Below are positions 7,475 through 17,031 of a stretch of DNA of 47,181 bases, one piece after another. The DNA is from Pyrinomonadaceae bacterium (GTDB lineage Bacteria > Acidobacteriota > Blastocatellia > Pyrinomonadales > Pyrinomonadaceae). The notes under the pieces are model-generated. The model was not told the origin of the DNA, did no database searches, and worked only from the letters and a program-made list of their open reading frames with translations. The translations under genes and the position numbers were made by a program. Numbering within the stretch: position 1 is the stretch's first letter; the number at the start of each line of letters is the position of its first letter. The stretch spans positions 1 through 47,181 of the forward strand of contig JACCSP010000201.1 of the NCBI GenBank assembly GCA_013812905.1, read 5' to 3'.

Positions 7475-9157
7475 TTGCAACCTTCAGCGCTTGCCAAGCG
7501 AGTCTGGCTTTTACTATTTCTCGCCGTCATAGCTTTCTACTATTACGGTCTTGGTCATATGCCTTTTGTGGGACCCGATGAACCGCGCTACGCCCAGGTA
7601 GCGCGGGAAATGTTCCTGCGTGGCGATCTCGTTACCCCCACCCTGGGTGGCCACACCTGGTTTGAAAAACCACCTCTGCTTTATTGGATGATGATAGCCA
7701 GCTTTCACTTGTTCGGAATAAGCGAGTGGGCCGCTCGGCTTGGGCCTGCTCTTTCCGGCCTGTTGACTGTGTTCGCGGTCTTCTGGACAGGGAGGCGAGT
7801 TTGCCGAGCAAGCATCGAGCATCAATTGCCTGGACTCGCACCGTGGAGTGCGATCATTGCTGCCTCTACTCTGGGGATTATAGTTTTTTCGAGAGGTGTG
7901 GGCTTCGATATTGTCGTCACCATGACGATTGCATGGGCGCTTAGTTTTTTTCTGGTTTCAGAGTTGGAAGAGAACGAAGAGATCTGTCGCAGGTTCCTGT
8001 TTGGCTTTTATGTCTTCATTGGGTTATCTCTCTTGGCAAAAGGGTTGATTGGTTTGGTCATTCCTTTCAGTGTTGTCGGTTTTTATCAACTCGTGCGCCG
8101 GCAGTTTCCAGCAAGATCATTTTTACTTTCCCTCTGGTGGGGTCTTCCCCTCCTGTTCGTTGTGGCTTCGAGCTGGTACGTTCCTGTTATTCTTAAACAC
8201 GGCTGGCCATTTATTGACGAGTTTTTCATCCAGCACCACTTTAAGCGCTACTTTTCAAACAAATATCTTCACCCGCAACCGTTCTACTTCTATCTGCTGA
8301 TACTGATTCCGTTATCCTTGCCTTGGACTGCCTTCCTGATCGAGGGGCTGGTGGAAGCCAGAACGTGGAAATTGCGTTCGCCTGATTCGCTAGACCGGTT
8401 GCGAATATTTGCTCTCGCCTGGTTGCTGATGCCACTTGCGTTTTTTTCTTTATCCGGATCAAAGCTGCCCGGATACATTCTGCCGGTCTTGCCCGCCGGA
8501 GCATTAATCGCCGGTGAGCGTCTCACCAAGCTCTTGTCCGGAGATCGCGATGGCTTCTGGGCAATGCGAATTACCGGCGCCGTTTCCGGAATGTTCGCGA
8601 TCGTGGGATCGGTTTATTTGATTCGCTTGGGCAGCCTTTCTCTTAAGTGTGTAGCGATGATGGGGGTGCCTTTGATCATCACAGCCGCCAGCTGTATTTT
8701 CTGGACACATCGCAAAACTGTCTCGGCGCTGCTCGTGATCTTCGCCACGTTCGCAGCGCTCATTGTGGCCCTGAATTGTGGAGTTCGCAGTATTGCCACC
8801 CGGGAATCAATGCGGGATCTGATTCAGCTTGCGAACGCTCGTGGCTACGGCTCGGCACCTGTCTACGCACTACACCAAATCGACCGCTCCGCCGAATTCT
8901 ACGCGGCGGGCCGTGTAGTGTATGCCTCTGAGGGTGAACCCGCTAGATTTGAAAGTGCCCTGGATATTTTGGAAGCATCCAGAAAGAACCGCGCCCCGAT
9001 TCTGGTGATCGTGCCAATCGAATACATTCATCAGTTAACGGGATTGCCTTCCGCTCTAATCGATGTGGTGGGGAACAACGGAAAACTCGCGTTGGTCGGG
9101 GTTGCGAGTCAAGAGTCAAAGACGGATTTCAAAGTTGGATGCTTCTCTAGCGACTGA
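7475..9157 (+). CDS. ArnT-like glycosyltransferase family 39 (PMT_2) membrane protein
   Basis: Polytopic membrane ORF with the family-typical first loop GPDEPRYAQVAREMFLRGDLVTPTLGGHTWFEKPPLLYW. TTG start. Confidence 0.8.
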   Translation: MQPSALAKRVWLLLFLAVIAFYYYGLGHMPFVGPDEPRYAQVAREMFLRGDLVTPTLGGHTWFEKPPLLYWMMIASFHLFGISEWAARLGPALSGLLTVFAVFWTGRRVCRASIEHQLPGLAPWSAIIAASTLGIIVFSRGVGFDIVVTMTIAWALSFFLVSELEENEEICRRFLFGFYVFIGLSLLAKGLIGLVIPFSVVGFYQLVRRQFPARSFLLSLWWGLPLLFVVASSWYVPVILKHGWPFIDEFFIQHHFKRYFSNKYLHPQPFYFYLLILIPLSLPWTAFLIEGLVEARTWKLRSPDSLDRLRIFALAWLLMPLAFFSLSGSKLPGYILPVLPAGALIAGERLTKLLSGDRDGFWAMRITGAVSGMFAIVGSVYLIRLGSLSLKCVAMMGVPLIITAASCIFWTHRKTVSALLVIFATFAALIVALNCGVRSIATRESMRDLIQLANARGYGSAPVYALHQIDRSAEFYAAGRVVYASEGEPARFESALDILEASRKNRAPILVIVPIEYIHQLTGLPSALIDVVGNNGKLALVGVASQESKTDFKVGCFSSD

Positions 9158-9201
9158 ATGTGAGAGTGTTTTAGGTTTAACTTAGAAGGGAGAAAAAGTT
9201 C

Positions 9202-9453
9202 ATGGCAAGCCGTCAAAATTGTTCCAAGTGCCAATCGAATAAGATGATTCCCAATGTTCATACTAGGGATTATGGTGATTTGAACAATCAGTTGTCCGTT
9301 GAGGTTTATGAAGAGCCTGATGCCATGATTTTCAAAGGTACGCATGAAGGCGCCTTGACCGCGTGGATTTGCGGGGAGTGTGGTTACACTGAACTATACG
9401 TTGAGAATCCGCAAGAGCTTTATTCAACGTACCTGAATCTGAAGGCAGAATAA
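9202..9453 (+). CDS. small zinc-ribbon protein, function unknown
   Basis: 83 aa with CxxC (CSKC) and CxxC (CGEC) pairs. There is a strong GGGAG Shine-Dalgarno sequence 8 nt upstream. The gene lies in a visibly AT-richer pocket (about 9160-9550). Confidence 0.55.
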   Translation: MASRQNCSKCQSNKMIPNVHTRDYGDLNNQLSVEVYEEPDAMIFKGTHEGALTAWICGECGYTELYVENPQELYSTYLNLKAE

Positions 9454-9552
9454 GGTTTACATGACATCGGTGACCGCACAGAACCGAGGAACGGTAGAGG
9501 CAGTGTGAAATGCCAAAAGGGCCTGTATTTGCAGGTTGGGAAGGGATATTTC

Positions 9553-10566
9553 TTAGCGCAGGTTCTTGTCCATGAATTCAATTACCTGGCGATCATATCG
9601 CTCGCCATCTTCACCGGTGGCTGAGGGTAGCTTAAAAGCGGTCAAAGGCAGGTCGGTTTTGACTTCCACAGTTGCCGGGTTCTTAAAGCAACGGGCCAGG
9701 TCGATTGTCGAATCGCGAAGCGCTCCGGCATCCGGTCCCGAGAGCAGCAGAACGCGCGGGGTAGAAAGAGAAGCCGCAATCTGACATACGGGAGTGTTTT
9801 CATAGCGGCCGAGAAAGTAGATATATGTAGCCAGGCTAGCCAGGGCAGGCAGCAGGGGAACGCGCACTCCCAAATCATTCGTAACAGTGGTATGCACCAG
9901 CTCATCGGGATTGCGAGGCACTGAGTCGAGAGCCAGGACGCTAACACTCTGGTCTTGTGCGGTGGCACGTAGGGCAGCGAAAGCGCCCAGCTCAACCCCA
10001 AAAAGTCCCACCTGACCTCCTACCAGGCGATTACCATTCTCCGACTTCTGGGCTCTTAAGAAATCGAGAGCAGCGAGAACGTCGTCTCCCTCGAGAGTTC
10101 CGAATGAAGTCCATTGCACGGGTGGCACTAATCCATGGCCGCGAAGGTCGGGCCAGAGAATGGTGAAGTTAGTGGCCTCGTTTATCTTGACGCCCAGGTT
10201 GAAAAGCCAGGAGCGATCTGCGCCATAGTGATGAAGGAGCACGACAGCAGGCGCACCCTCGGCACCGCGAAGCAACCAGCCCCGCGCGGGTGTATCATCA
10301 CGATTCCTCCAGGTTTGATCAGTAACCTTGAGAGCGGGACCGCTTATTTGAGAAAAGGCCTTCGGCGTAACGAGGTAAGCGCGCCGGGGTGGGCGGGTGA
10401 TCCCCCTGATGATGAAAACAAGCGCTAAAAAGAGCGACGCTGTCACCACCAGTAGGATTGGCAGAAGCGACTTAATAAGCTTCTTCCCTAATCGAGGTCT
10501 GGAGGCCATGAGAAGAAGAGGGATGAGTGACGAAATAGGTGCCGGCGTTGCCGGCGAATTTGTCAA
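9553..10566 (-). CDS. membrane-anchored alpha/beta-hydrolase fold protein with a non-canonical nucleophile elbow (G-V-E-L-G)
   Basis: N-terminal TM helix (LLPILLVVTASLFLALVFII), oxyanion-type VVLLHHYG, and an elbow VGLFGVELGAFAAL with Glu192 (codon 9991-9993) where Ser is expected. The TTG start overlaps the mobA stop. ATG 10509 is an alternative start. Confidence 0.7.
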   Translation of the reverse strand: MTNSPATPAPISSLIPLLLMASRPRLGKKLIKSLLPILLVVTASLFLALVFIIRGITRPPRRAYLVTPKAFSQISGPALKVTDQTWRNRDDTPARGWLLRGAEGAPAVVLLHHYGADRSWLFNLGVKINEATNFTILWPDLRGHGLVPPVQWTSFGTLEGDDVLAALDFLRAQKSENGNRLVGGQVGLFGVELGAFAALRATAQDQSVSVLALDSVPRNPDELVHTTVTNDLGVRVPLLPALASLATYIYFLGRYENTPVCQIAASLSTPRVLLLSGPDAGALRDSTIDLARCFKNPATVEVKTDLPLTAFKLPSATGEDGERYDRQVIEFMDKNLR

Positions 10567-11246
10567 GTCGTCCCCGCAGCCTGAATGGCATCTCCTTTCC
10601 CGCCGGCCTGTTCGTAATCTTGCGGAGTGTTGATGTTATCAAAAAAATGTTCGGCACCTGATAAATCCTGAAGCTCACCGAAGGATATCCAGCGTGTGCG
10701 GACAAATTGTAACAGGGCGATGGGCCTTCGCTGGCCAAGTTTGATCAATTGGTCTGCCTGGCCCAGACAAGGGTCGGTGCGGTAAAGGGCGGCGAGAGGC
10801 TGCGGGCGCTCGTCTTTCTGTAAGGCCGCCACCGCTTCAAAGTTTTCGCGCAAACCGGCCAAACGAGCGAATAGTCCGGCTGTAACGAAGGGAAGATCGC
10901 AGGCGACAATTAAGGACCAGGGCGACGGGGAGGCGGAAAGCGCGGCGTGAACCCCGCCCAGAGCTCCCCAATTCTCATAAGCGTCGGGGGCAGTGGGCAG
11001 ATTCAGATGTAGTCTCCCCGAATCCTTGCCGACAAGAGTGACTGAGTCTGTTACTGCAAACAGTTCCTCAGCAATTCGTTGAACGAAGGTCCGGCCCTCG
11101 AGCAGCAGGCTTGCCTTGTCAGTTCCCATGCGACTCGATGCGCCACCCACCAGAATTAAACCTGCTATTGAGTCCATGGAAATAGCAACGCCCCCGACTG
11201 GGACGTTAACATGCGGTAACCAGTGGGCCAAAGCGCAACTGCCCAT
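10563..11246 (-). CDS. mobA: molybdenum cofactor guanylyltransferase
   Basis: GLILVGGASSRMGTDKASLLLEGRTF motif and overall MobA-like length. The true start is possibly ATG 11177 (MDSIAGLILVGG). Confidence 0.8.
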   Translation of the reverse strand: MGSCALAHWLPHVNVPVGGVAISMDSIAGLILVGGASSRMGTDKASLLLEGRTFVQRIAEELFAVTDSVTLVGKDSGRLHLNLPTAPDAYENWGALGGVHAALSASPSPWSLIVACDLPFVTAGLFARLAGLRENFEAVAALQKDERPQPLAALYRTDPCLGQADQLIKLGQRRPIALLQFVRTRWISFGELQDLSGAEHFFDNINTPQDYEQAGGKGDAIQAAGTT

Positions 11247-11441
11247 CCTAGAACGAAGACCCGAGTTTGCGCATCTAAGACCTGACTGCTCAGTTGGTCG
11301 AAAAGTGGACCGCTTGTCGCTTCTGTCTGATCGGTCAACATTCCTTGACCGACTTCATGAGCGAAGCTATAGTCACTTGGGGTGCAGAATCCGTTGTTCG
11401 GATCTCAATTTCCTGTTCTTCACGATATAAGGGGTAGTTTA

Positions 11442-13301
11442 ATGAAGAGATTCCTCGTAATTTTGATGGCGCTTTTTGCTATCTCCATGCCTTCCCGCTC
11501 GGCTTTGGCTCAAAGGCAGGCGACCAGGGACGAAGATCCCCGGTTGTTTGCGCTTGAAAACCTGCGTCCGGGAATGAAGGGAGTGGCACGGACGGTTTTC
11601 TCAGGCACAGAAACGCAGGAGTTTGGGGTAGAGATTTTAGGTGTGTTGCCGGGTTTTCCGGGTCCCCGACAGTCAGCAATAATTGCCCGGCTAAGTGGAT
11701 CGAATGTGGAGAAGACAGGGGTCTTCGCCGGAATGTCTGGTTCGCCAGTCTACGTCGATGGTCGCCTTGTCGGTGCCATAGCTTTTAGTTTCCCGTTTTC
11801 CAAAGAACCGATTGCTGGCATCACACCTATTAAGCAGATGATCGATATCTTTGAGAAGGCCACGGTAGATGAAACCCATAAGCCAAGAGCTCCGCGACTG
11901 GTATCCTTCTCGCAACTGGCCGCAACCGAATGGAAGACCAACCTCCCGAAGCAAGCGGTCACGGCAACTTCGCTAATCGCTCCTGTCTCCGCCGGTTCGC
12001 CCCTGGTTGCTCTGATGGGTCAGCAGATGACGCCGATTGCAACGCCTGTAGTTTTTAGTGGGATTAGTCAGGAATCGCTTTCACTGTTTGCTCCGCAATT
12101 AATGGCCAACGGTTTACTACCGGTTTCCGGCGCAGGTGGTTCGGCAGCAATCACTCCACTCGGTGAAGCGAATGAAAAAACGCTGACACCCGGCACGTCG
12201 GTGAGCGTGCAGCTTGTTCGGGGTGACTATTCGATTGCAGCTTCGGGAACGGTTACTTTCCGCGACGGTAATCGCATCTATGCATTTGGTCATCCGTTTT
12301 TAAGCCTGGGTGCGGCAGACATGCCGATGACCGAAACCTCAGTGGTCACGGTCATCGCCAACGTTAATAACTCTTTCAAGCTATCAGTACCCGGCCAGAT
12401 GATGGGCGCGATTTCGCAGGACCGGGCCGCGGGAGTATTCGGCAGCCTAGGTCGCGCTCCGAAGATGATTCCCGTAAAAATCAATCTGCACACCAGCCGC
12501 GACCGGACCGAAACTTATTCATATGAGGTCGCCAATGATTCATTCCTGACGCCCTTGCTTTTGAACATCACCGTATTCAACACAATCACTTCCAGCGAGC
12601 GGGCGCTGGGCGAATCCACGATCAGCATCAAAGGCGAGGTTAAGGTTAAAGGACAGGAGAATGTGCGGCTGGACCGACGTTTCTCGTCCAGCAACTCAGC
12701 GATGATGGCAGCCGGTTCGGTGGCCACGCCTATCGGGGCACTAATGAGCAGCGGCTTCGACGACGTACAGATTGATGGTGTGACGCTCGACATTTCTTCC
12801 AGCGATACAAAATATGCGGGCACGCTCGAACGCATCGCTCTCGACCGCACTGAAGTACGGCGTGGTGAGCGAGTGGAAATTCAGGCCTACGTGAGAACCG
12901 AAGCCGGAAAGCAATTTGTACAGCGAATTCCCGTGCAGATTCCAGAGGACGCCACACCCGGTCAGTTGCTGGTCTTTGTAGGCGACGGAAGCGCGCTACA
13001 AGAGGGTTTAGCGGCGAAGGCTTTTGTGCCTCAGGATCTAGGCCAGCTAGTTCGAGCGATTAACAAAGTTAAGAAGAGCGACCGTCTTTATGTGAAGCTC
13101 TTCCGGATTACGCCTGGAGCGGTAATTGGCACAGATGAACTGCCAAACCTGCCGCCTTCGGTAGTGGCGACTCTGAACAGCGACAGAACATCGGGCGGCT
13201 ACACTCCGACTGTACTTTCCCCTGTTTATGAAATGGAGCTGCCTCCTGCGGATTTTGTTATCTCAGGCCAGCAGCTTATTGGAATCGACGTGGTGCGATA
13301 G
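11442..13301 (+). CDS. secreted peptidase with an S55 (SpoIVB-type) serine protease domain
   Basis: Signal peptide MKRFLVILMALFAISMPSRSALA and the catalytic-serine motif FAGMSGSPVYVDGRLVGAIAF. AAGGGG lies upstream of ATG 11442. The ORF-track start 11382 adds 20 unlikely residues. Confidence 0.7.
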   Translation: MKRFLVILMALFAISMPSRSALAQRQATRDEDPRLFALENLRPGMKGVARTVFSGTETQEFGVEILGVLPGFPGPRQSAIIARLSGSNVEKTGVFAGMSGSPVYVDGRLVGAIAFSFPFSKEPIAGITPIKQMIDIFEKATVDETHKPRAPRLVSFSQLAATEWKTNLPKQAVTATSLIAPVSAGSPLVALMGQQMTPIATPVVFSGISQESLSLFAPQLMANGLLPVSGAGGSAAITPLGEANEKTLTPGTSVSVQLVRGDYSIAASGTVTFRDGNRIYAFGHPFLSLGAADMPMTETSVVTVIANVNNSFKLSVPGQMMGAISQDRAAGVFGSLGRAPKMIPVKINLHTSRDRTETYSYEVANDSFLTPLLLNITVFNTITSSERALGESTISIKGEVKVKGQENVRLDRRFSSSNSAMMAAGSVATPIGALMSSGFDDVQIDGVTLDISSSDTKYAGTLERIALDRTEVRRGERVEIQAYVRTEAGKQFVQRIPVQIPEDATPGQLLVFVGDGSALQEGLAAKAFVPQDLGQLVRAINKVKKSDRLYVKLFRITPGAVIGTDELPNLPPSVVATLNSDRTSGGYTPTVLSPVYEMELPPADFVISGQQLIGIDVVR

Positions 13302-13564
13302 TTCTCGCTCTTAACCCAGGGCCCCCGCCAGCCTCGGGCGTTTAACAGTTCAGAGGTTCTAGGCAGCAGATGCGGCTTATGGCCAGTCAATTTCCTTGCC
13401 GCCCCTAACCAGCTTAATTGGATTTCCCAAATAGGGGCGGCGCCCGCTAAGATCTACACTTCTTCTTTCAGTCCTTCTGGTCTGTCCCCTTCAAACGACG
13501 ATCGTACCCGCCTGGACTTTACGGTTAGCTATGAATCGGCTACTCCCGTGCCCGAGTATCAGCG

Positions 13565-14242
13565 TCAACGACATGGAAAAGGGTTCTCGTCTGCCCGTCC
13601 TGACGCGGTTACTTCCCTTCTAATCACGAATATATATCTTCTTTGAGAACCCGGTATGTGTATTTCGGTGCAGATGAGCTTCAGGTTAATGATCTGATCA
13701 CGAAGTCTTTCGCCGCCGAAAAACAAAAGTATGCTCCCCGGCGGTGACCACTTGAGCAAACTCGCTAGCTGCGCTGCGAAGCGATCAAGCGCGCGACAGG
13801 TAATAAAGTTGACTGCCGAGGCCGGGATCTCCTCGAAGCGCTCGGCGATCACCGTCGCCCGTTTGGACACTTCGGCACGGTTAAGCGCCTCGCGCAGAAA
13901 AACCGCTTTCTTCCTAGACGACTCAATGAGCGTGGCGGTGATATCAGGACGAGCAATCAAACATGGAATGATGGGAAGACCAGCGCCCGACCCGACGTCC
14001 GCGATAGTCGCGGCTCGAGGCAGATGTGGAAGCAACATTAACGATTCCAGTACGTGTCTTGTGGCAAACTCCCGAGGAGTGCATGGTGCCACCAGGTGCA
14101 GTCGAGCATTCCAGCTGCTTAGCAGATCATAGTATTCCGACAAGCGCTCGATCGCTTCGACACTGATTCTTACCTGATAGATGCCCGCCTCCGACTCGAG
14201 CGCTTCCTTAAACTCTTTAACTTGTGAGCTGCTTGCAGTCAT
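13565..14242 (-). CDS. rsmG: 16S rRNA (guanine527-N7)-methyltransferase
   Basis: SAM-binding motif DVGSGAGLPIIPCLI and RsmG/GidB-like layout (LESSRKKAVFLREA). Confidence 0.85.
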   Translation of the reverse strand: MTASSSQVKEFKEALESEAGIYQVRISVEAIERLSEYYDLLSSWNARLHLVAPCTPREFATRHVLESLMLLPHLPRAATIADVGSGAGLPIIPCLIARPDITATLIESSRKKAVFLREALNRAEVSKRATVIAERFEEIPASAVNFITCRALDRFAAQLASLLKWSPPGSILLFFGGERLRDQIINLKLICTEIHIPGSQRRYIFVIRREVTASGRADENPFPCR

Positions 14243-14437
14243 CCGTTCTCCTCAAATGCAGTGTTACCGAAAGTGGGACGCGCAAAGTGCTCCAGCCAGA
14301 GGCAGCAGTAGTCCGACGTTGAGTGATGGCTCTCAAGACACCTTACGATTACCTTTGGTTCCTATTGTCCTTCTGAGTTCTCCTTCGCAAGTGACGCTTA
14401 GTTTGAGCTGTCACGCCCCCACCCAATCTAGCGTTAC

Positions 14438-14507
14438 ACGATCCACGAAGTAACACGAACTGATACTACCTCGACTTCGGATCGATTAGCGTAATTTCGT
14501 GGATCGT
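14438..14507. repeat. Family B repeat copy (ACGATCCACGAA ... TTCGTGGATCGT, with CACGAAnnnn decamers)
   Basis: Perfect 12-bp inverted repeat at 14438-14449 / 14496-14507. The left arm is followed by cacgaagtaa cacgaactga. Confidence 0.6.
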
Positions 14508-14660
14508 TTTAAGTCGGTCCGAAATTGCTCAACCAGCAAGAAACTGGGGTGTATATTTCACGGCAGCGAAAAGAAAAGGAAAACGACATTTGGACAGCAT
14601 CCGTTAGCTCCTAGACTTTGCTCCTTACGCCGTTGCGTGAGATTCTTCTGGTCCCAATTA

Positions 14661-16157
14661 ATGAAGGTCAAGGAGACTCTAAACCCCGTAATGGAAGATT
14701 TGGCCGAGCAACACGAACACCTTGGCCGTGCGGTCACACGCATCATTAAAGACTTTGCTGCGGTTCTGGATTCGCGCCCAGTCGCCACCCACGCAATGCC
14801 ATCCGACCTGGAAACGCTTTTCGACGAGGGGCTTCCAGAAACCGGCCTGGGGCTCGACGAAATTCTTGCCCGGTTCACCAGCGACATCTCGGCGCACGCC
14901 ATGAGCGTTTCCAGTCCACGGTACTACGGGCAGTTTAATCCCACGCCGCTGCCCATTGGGGTTTGGGCCGATGCGCTTTGCTCGGCCCTAAACCAAAATG
15001 CCGGAGCCTGGCGCAATGGGCCTACCTCGGCAATGATCGAAGCGCGCGTGATGCGCTGGCTTTGCGATCTAATTGGGTATGGTCCGCGGAGCTTTGGCAC
15101 TCTGGCGAGTGGCGGCTCTGAGGCCAATCTCATAGCCTTGAAATGTGCTCGTGATAACGCCCACGCCGGAGTGACTCACGCGGGGGTTCGTGCGGCGCCG
15201 GGCGATCTTGTTATTTACGCCTCTGATCAATGCCATTATTCAGTTGTCAAGAGTGCAGACATTCTTGGTCTCGGCCGCGAGGGTCTGCGCAAAATACCTA
15301 CGGACGATCGCTTTCATGTCCAGACCGCTTCGCTGCGAGCCGAGATCAAGCGCGACCGCGAAGCGGGGCGGATACCGTGTTGTGTAGTCGGCGTTGCGGG
15401 GGCCACCTCGACCGGAGTTATCGATCCCTTGGCTGAGCTAGCGACGATTGCGCGGGAAAACAGTTGCTGGTTTCATGTTGATGCAGCCTATGGTGGAACC
15501 CTCGCTTTTTCCGACCAACACAAATCCAAGCTGAAAGGTATCGAAGAGGCTAATTCTATAACCTTTGATCCACACAAGTGGCTGTTTGTTCCTTTTGCGT
15601 GCGGGGCCGTGCTGGTACGTGATGGCCCACGGGTGTTGCGCGAGGCCTTCGATATCAGTCCGGAGTATCTCAATGAGGATCGCGGCGGCGCGGACGTCGA
15701 ATACGATTTTTTCCGATACGGTCAGATGGGAACCCGACGGTTTAATTCTCTGAAGTTGTGGATGGCGCTGAAGTTCATGGGCCGAAGGGGATACGAAGAA
15801 GTAATCCAACGGCAGATCGGTTTGACGCAGTATTTGGCGAGCCGCATTGATGAGTTGAGTGAATTCCAGCGGCTGGGACAGATTGAAACGGCAGTATGCT
15901 GTTTCAAGTTTCTGCCCGAAACTGCTCGCCACGCGACCGGGGAAGAACAGGATCTTATACAACTGAGGCTTCAGCAGCAAATCGAGCGAAGCGGCGAAGC
16001 ATTTGTCACAACCACCGTGCTGCATGGCCGGAGGGCGATGCGAGTGAACATAAACAGTTTTCTTACCGAGCGCCGCCACGTCGACGATCTGCTAGAGTTA
16101 TTGAAACGCGAAAGCAAAAGGTTGATGGTGTGCGAAGGTTTGGTTGAAGGGACATAG
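14661..16157 (+). CDS. pyridoxal-phosphate-dependent group II amino-acid decarboxylase
   Basis: PLP-lysine motif TFDPHKWLFVP, the GGSEANL motif, and the SPRYYGQFNPTP N-terminal family motif. The ORF-track start 14499 runs through the family B repeat, so ATG 14661 is used. Confidence 0.8.
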   Translation: MKVKETLNPVMEDLAEQHEHLGRAVTRIIKDFAAVLDSRPVATHAMPSDLETLFDEGLPETGLGLDEILARFTSDISAHAMSVSSPRYYGQFNPTPLPIGVWADALCSALNQNAGAWRNGPTSAMIEARVMRWLCDLIGYGPRSFGTLASGGSEANLIALKCARDNAHAGVTHAGVRAAPGDLVIYASDQCHYSVVKSADILGLGREGLRKIPTDDRFHVQTASLRAEIKRDREAGRIPCCVVGVAGATSTGVIDPLAELATIARENSCWFHVDAAYGGTLAFSDQHKSKLKGIEEANSITFDPHKWLFVPFACGAVLVRDGPRVLREAFDISPEYLNEDRGGADVEYDFFRYGQMGTRRFNSLKLWMALKFMGRRGYEEVIQRQIGLTQYLASRIDELSEFQRLGQIETAVCCFKFLPETARHATGEEQDLIQLRLQQQIERSGEAFVTTTVLHGRRAMRVNINSFLTERRHVDDLLELLKRESKRLMVCEGLVEGT

Positions 16158-16229
16158 GGTTAAAGGGGAACAGTGTAACGGGAAACCGAAAGACGCATCC
16201 TGTTTCCCCTTTACCCCTTTGCCCTTTTT
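16157..16229 (+). terminator. Family C hairpin (GGGTTAAAGGGGAACAG / CTGTTTCCCCTTTACCC) followed by a T-rich tract; REP-like, possible terminator after the decarboxylase
   Basis: The 17-nt arms at 16157-16173 and 16200-16216 are near-complementary. CTTTGCCCTTTTTCC follows. The hairpin starts at the decarboxylase stop codon. Confidence 0.4.
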
Positions 16230-16245
16230 CCTCCGGTTAACCACT

Positions 16246-17031
16246 ATGTCCCAGAAAATATTTTCGGACGGAATCTTAAATGACCGGGTTGCTCTAGTCA
16301 CCGGTGGTGGAACGGGAATCACTGGCGGTGTAGCACGTGCACTTGCGGAAGCCGGTGCTCGCGTGGCTCTCGTGAGCCGGAAGATGGAGCATCTGCAGCC
16401 CGCGGCTGACGCCATCAACCAGGTCGGCGGGCAAGCGCTCGCGCTGGCTGCGGACGTTCGCACTCCCGAGGATGTGGAAAAGGCAGTTACTGCGACCGTT
16501 CAGCAGTTTGGCAAAATCGATATCGTGGTCAATGGCGCCGCCGGAAACTTTCTGTGCGCGGCGGAAGAGCTTTCGCCTAACGGCTTTGGAACCGTCGTCG
16601 ACATCGATCTCAAGGGTACGTTCAATGTCTGTCGGGCGGCGTTTGGGGAGCTCAAAAAGAATCGCGGACAGGTTCTAAACATCAGCGCGACGCTTCATTA
16701 TCTCGGCACCCCAATGCAGCTACACGTTTCCGCAGCCAAAGCGGGTGTAGATGCGCTGACCCGAAACCTGGCCGTCGAGTGGGGGCGCTATGGTATTCGG
16801 GTAAATGCCATTGCACCGGGCCCAATCGGTGATACGGAAGGGATGAAGCGACTTGTGCCTGAGCCAATCAAGGAAAAATTGCGGCAAAGGATACCCCTCG
16901 GTCGTTTCGGAGAAATCGCGGATATTGAAAATGCTGCGGTGTTCCTTTGTTCTGACGCAGCTGCCTACATCAATGGAACTGTCCTGGTGGTTGATGGGGG
17001 CCACTGGCTCGCGGCTAACCGTCTGATATGA
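16246..17031 (+). CDS. SDR family oxidoreductase (2,4-dienoyl-CoA reductase-like)
   Basis: TGGGTGITGG cofactor motif, NGAAGNF, and a YxxxK-region equivalent (SAAKAG). ATG 16246 is used, because the ORF-track start 16144 runs through the family C hairpin. Its stop overlaps the trpE start (ATGA). Confidence 0.8.
   Translation: MSQKIFSDGILNDRVALVTGGGTGITGGVARALAEAGARVALVSRKMEHLQPAADAINQVGGQALALAADVRTPEDVEKAVTATVQQFGKIDIVVNGAAGNFLCAAEELSPNGFGTVVDIDLKGTFNVCRAAFGELKKNRGQVLNISATLHYLGTPMQLHVSAAKAGVDALTRNLAVEWGRYGIRVNAIAPGPIGDTEGMKRLVPEPIKEKLRQRIPLGRFGEIADIENAAVFLCSDAAAYINGTVLVVDGGHWLAANRLI

Noticed and set aside
13398-13441. Perfect 10-bp inverted repeat GCCGCCCCTA / TAGGGGCGGC with a 24-nt loop between the convergent S55 peptidase and rsmG genes
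   Set aside because: About two such 10-bp hairpins are expected by chance in a window this size. There is no T-run on either strand and the loop is long for a terminator. It is kept only as a cross-reference for the TAGGGGCG motif.
14499-14660. N-terminal extensions in the ORF track (14499, 16144, 22238, 26142, 11382, 45989, 1721, 2892)
   Set aside because: The extra codons run through repeat elements or lack a ribosome-binding site. Internal starts give N-termini that match the protein families, so these are treated as over-calls rather than novel domains.
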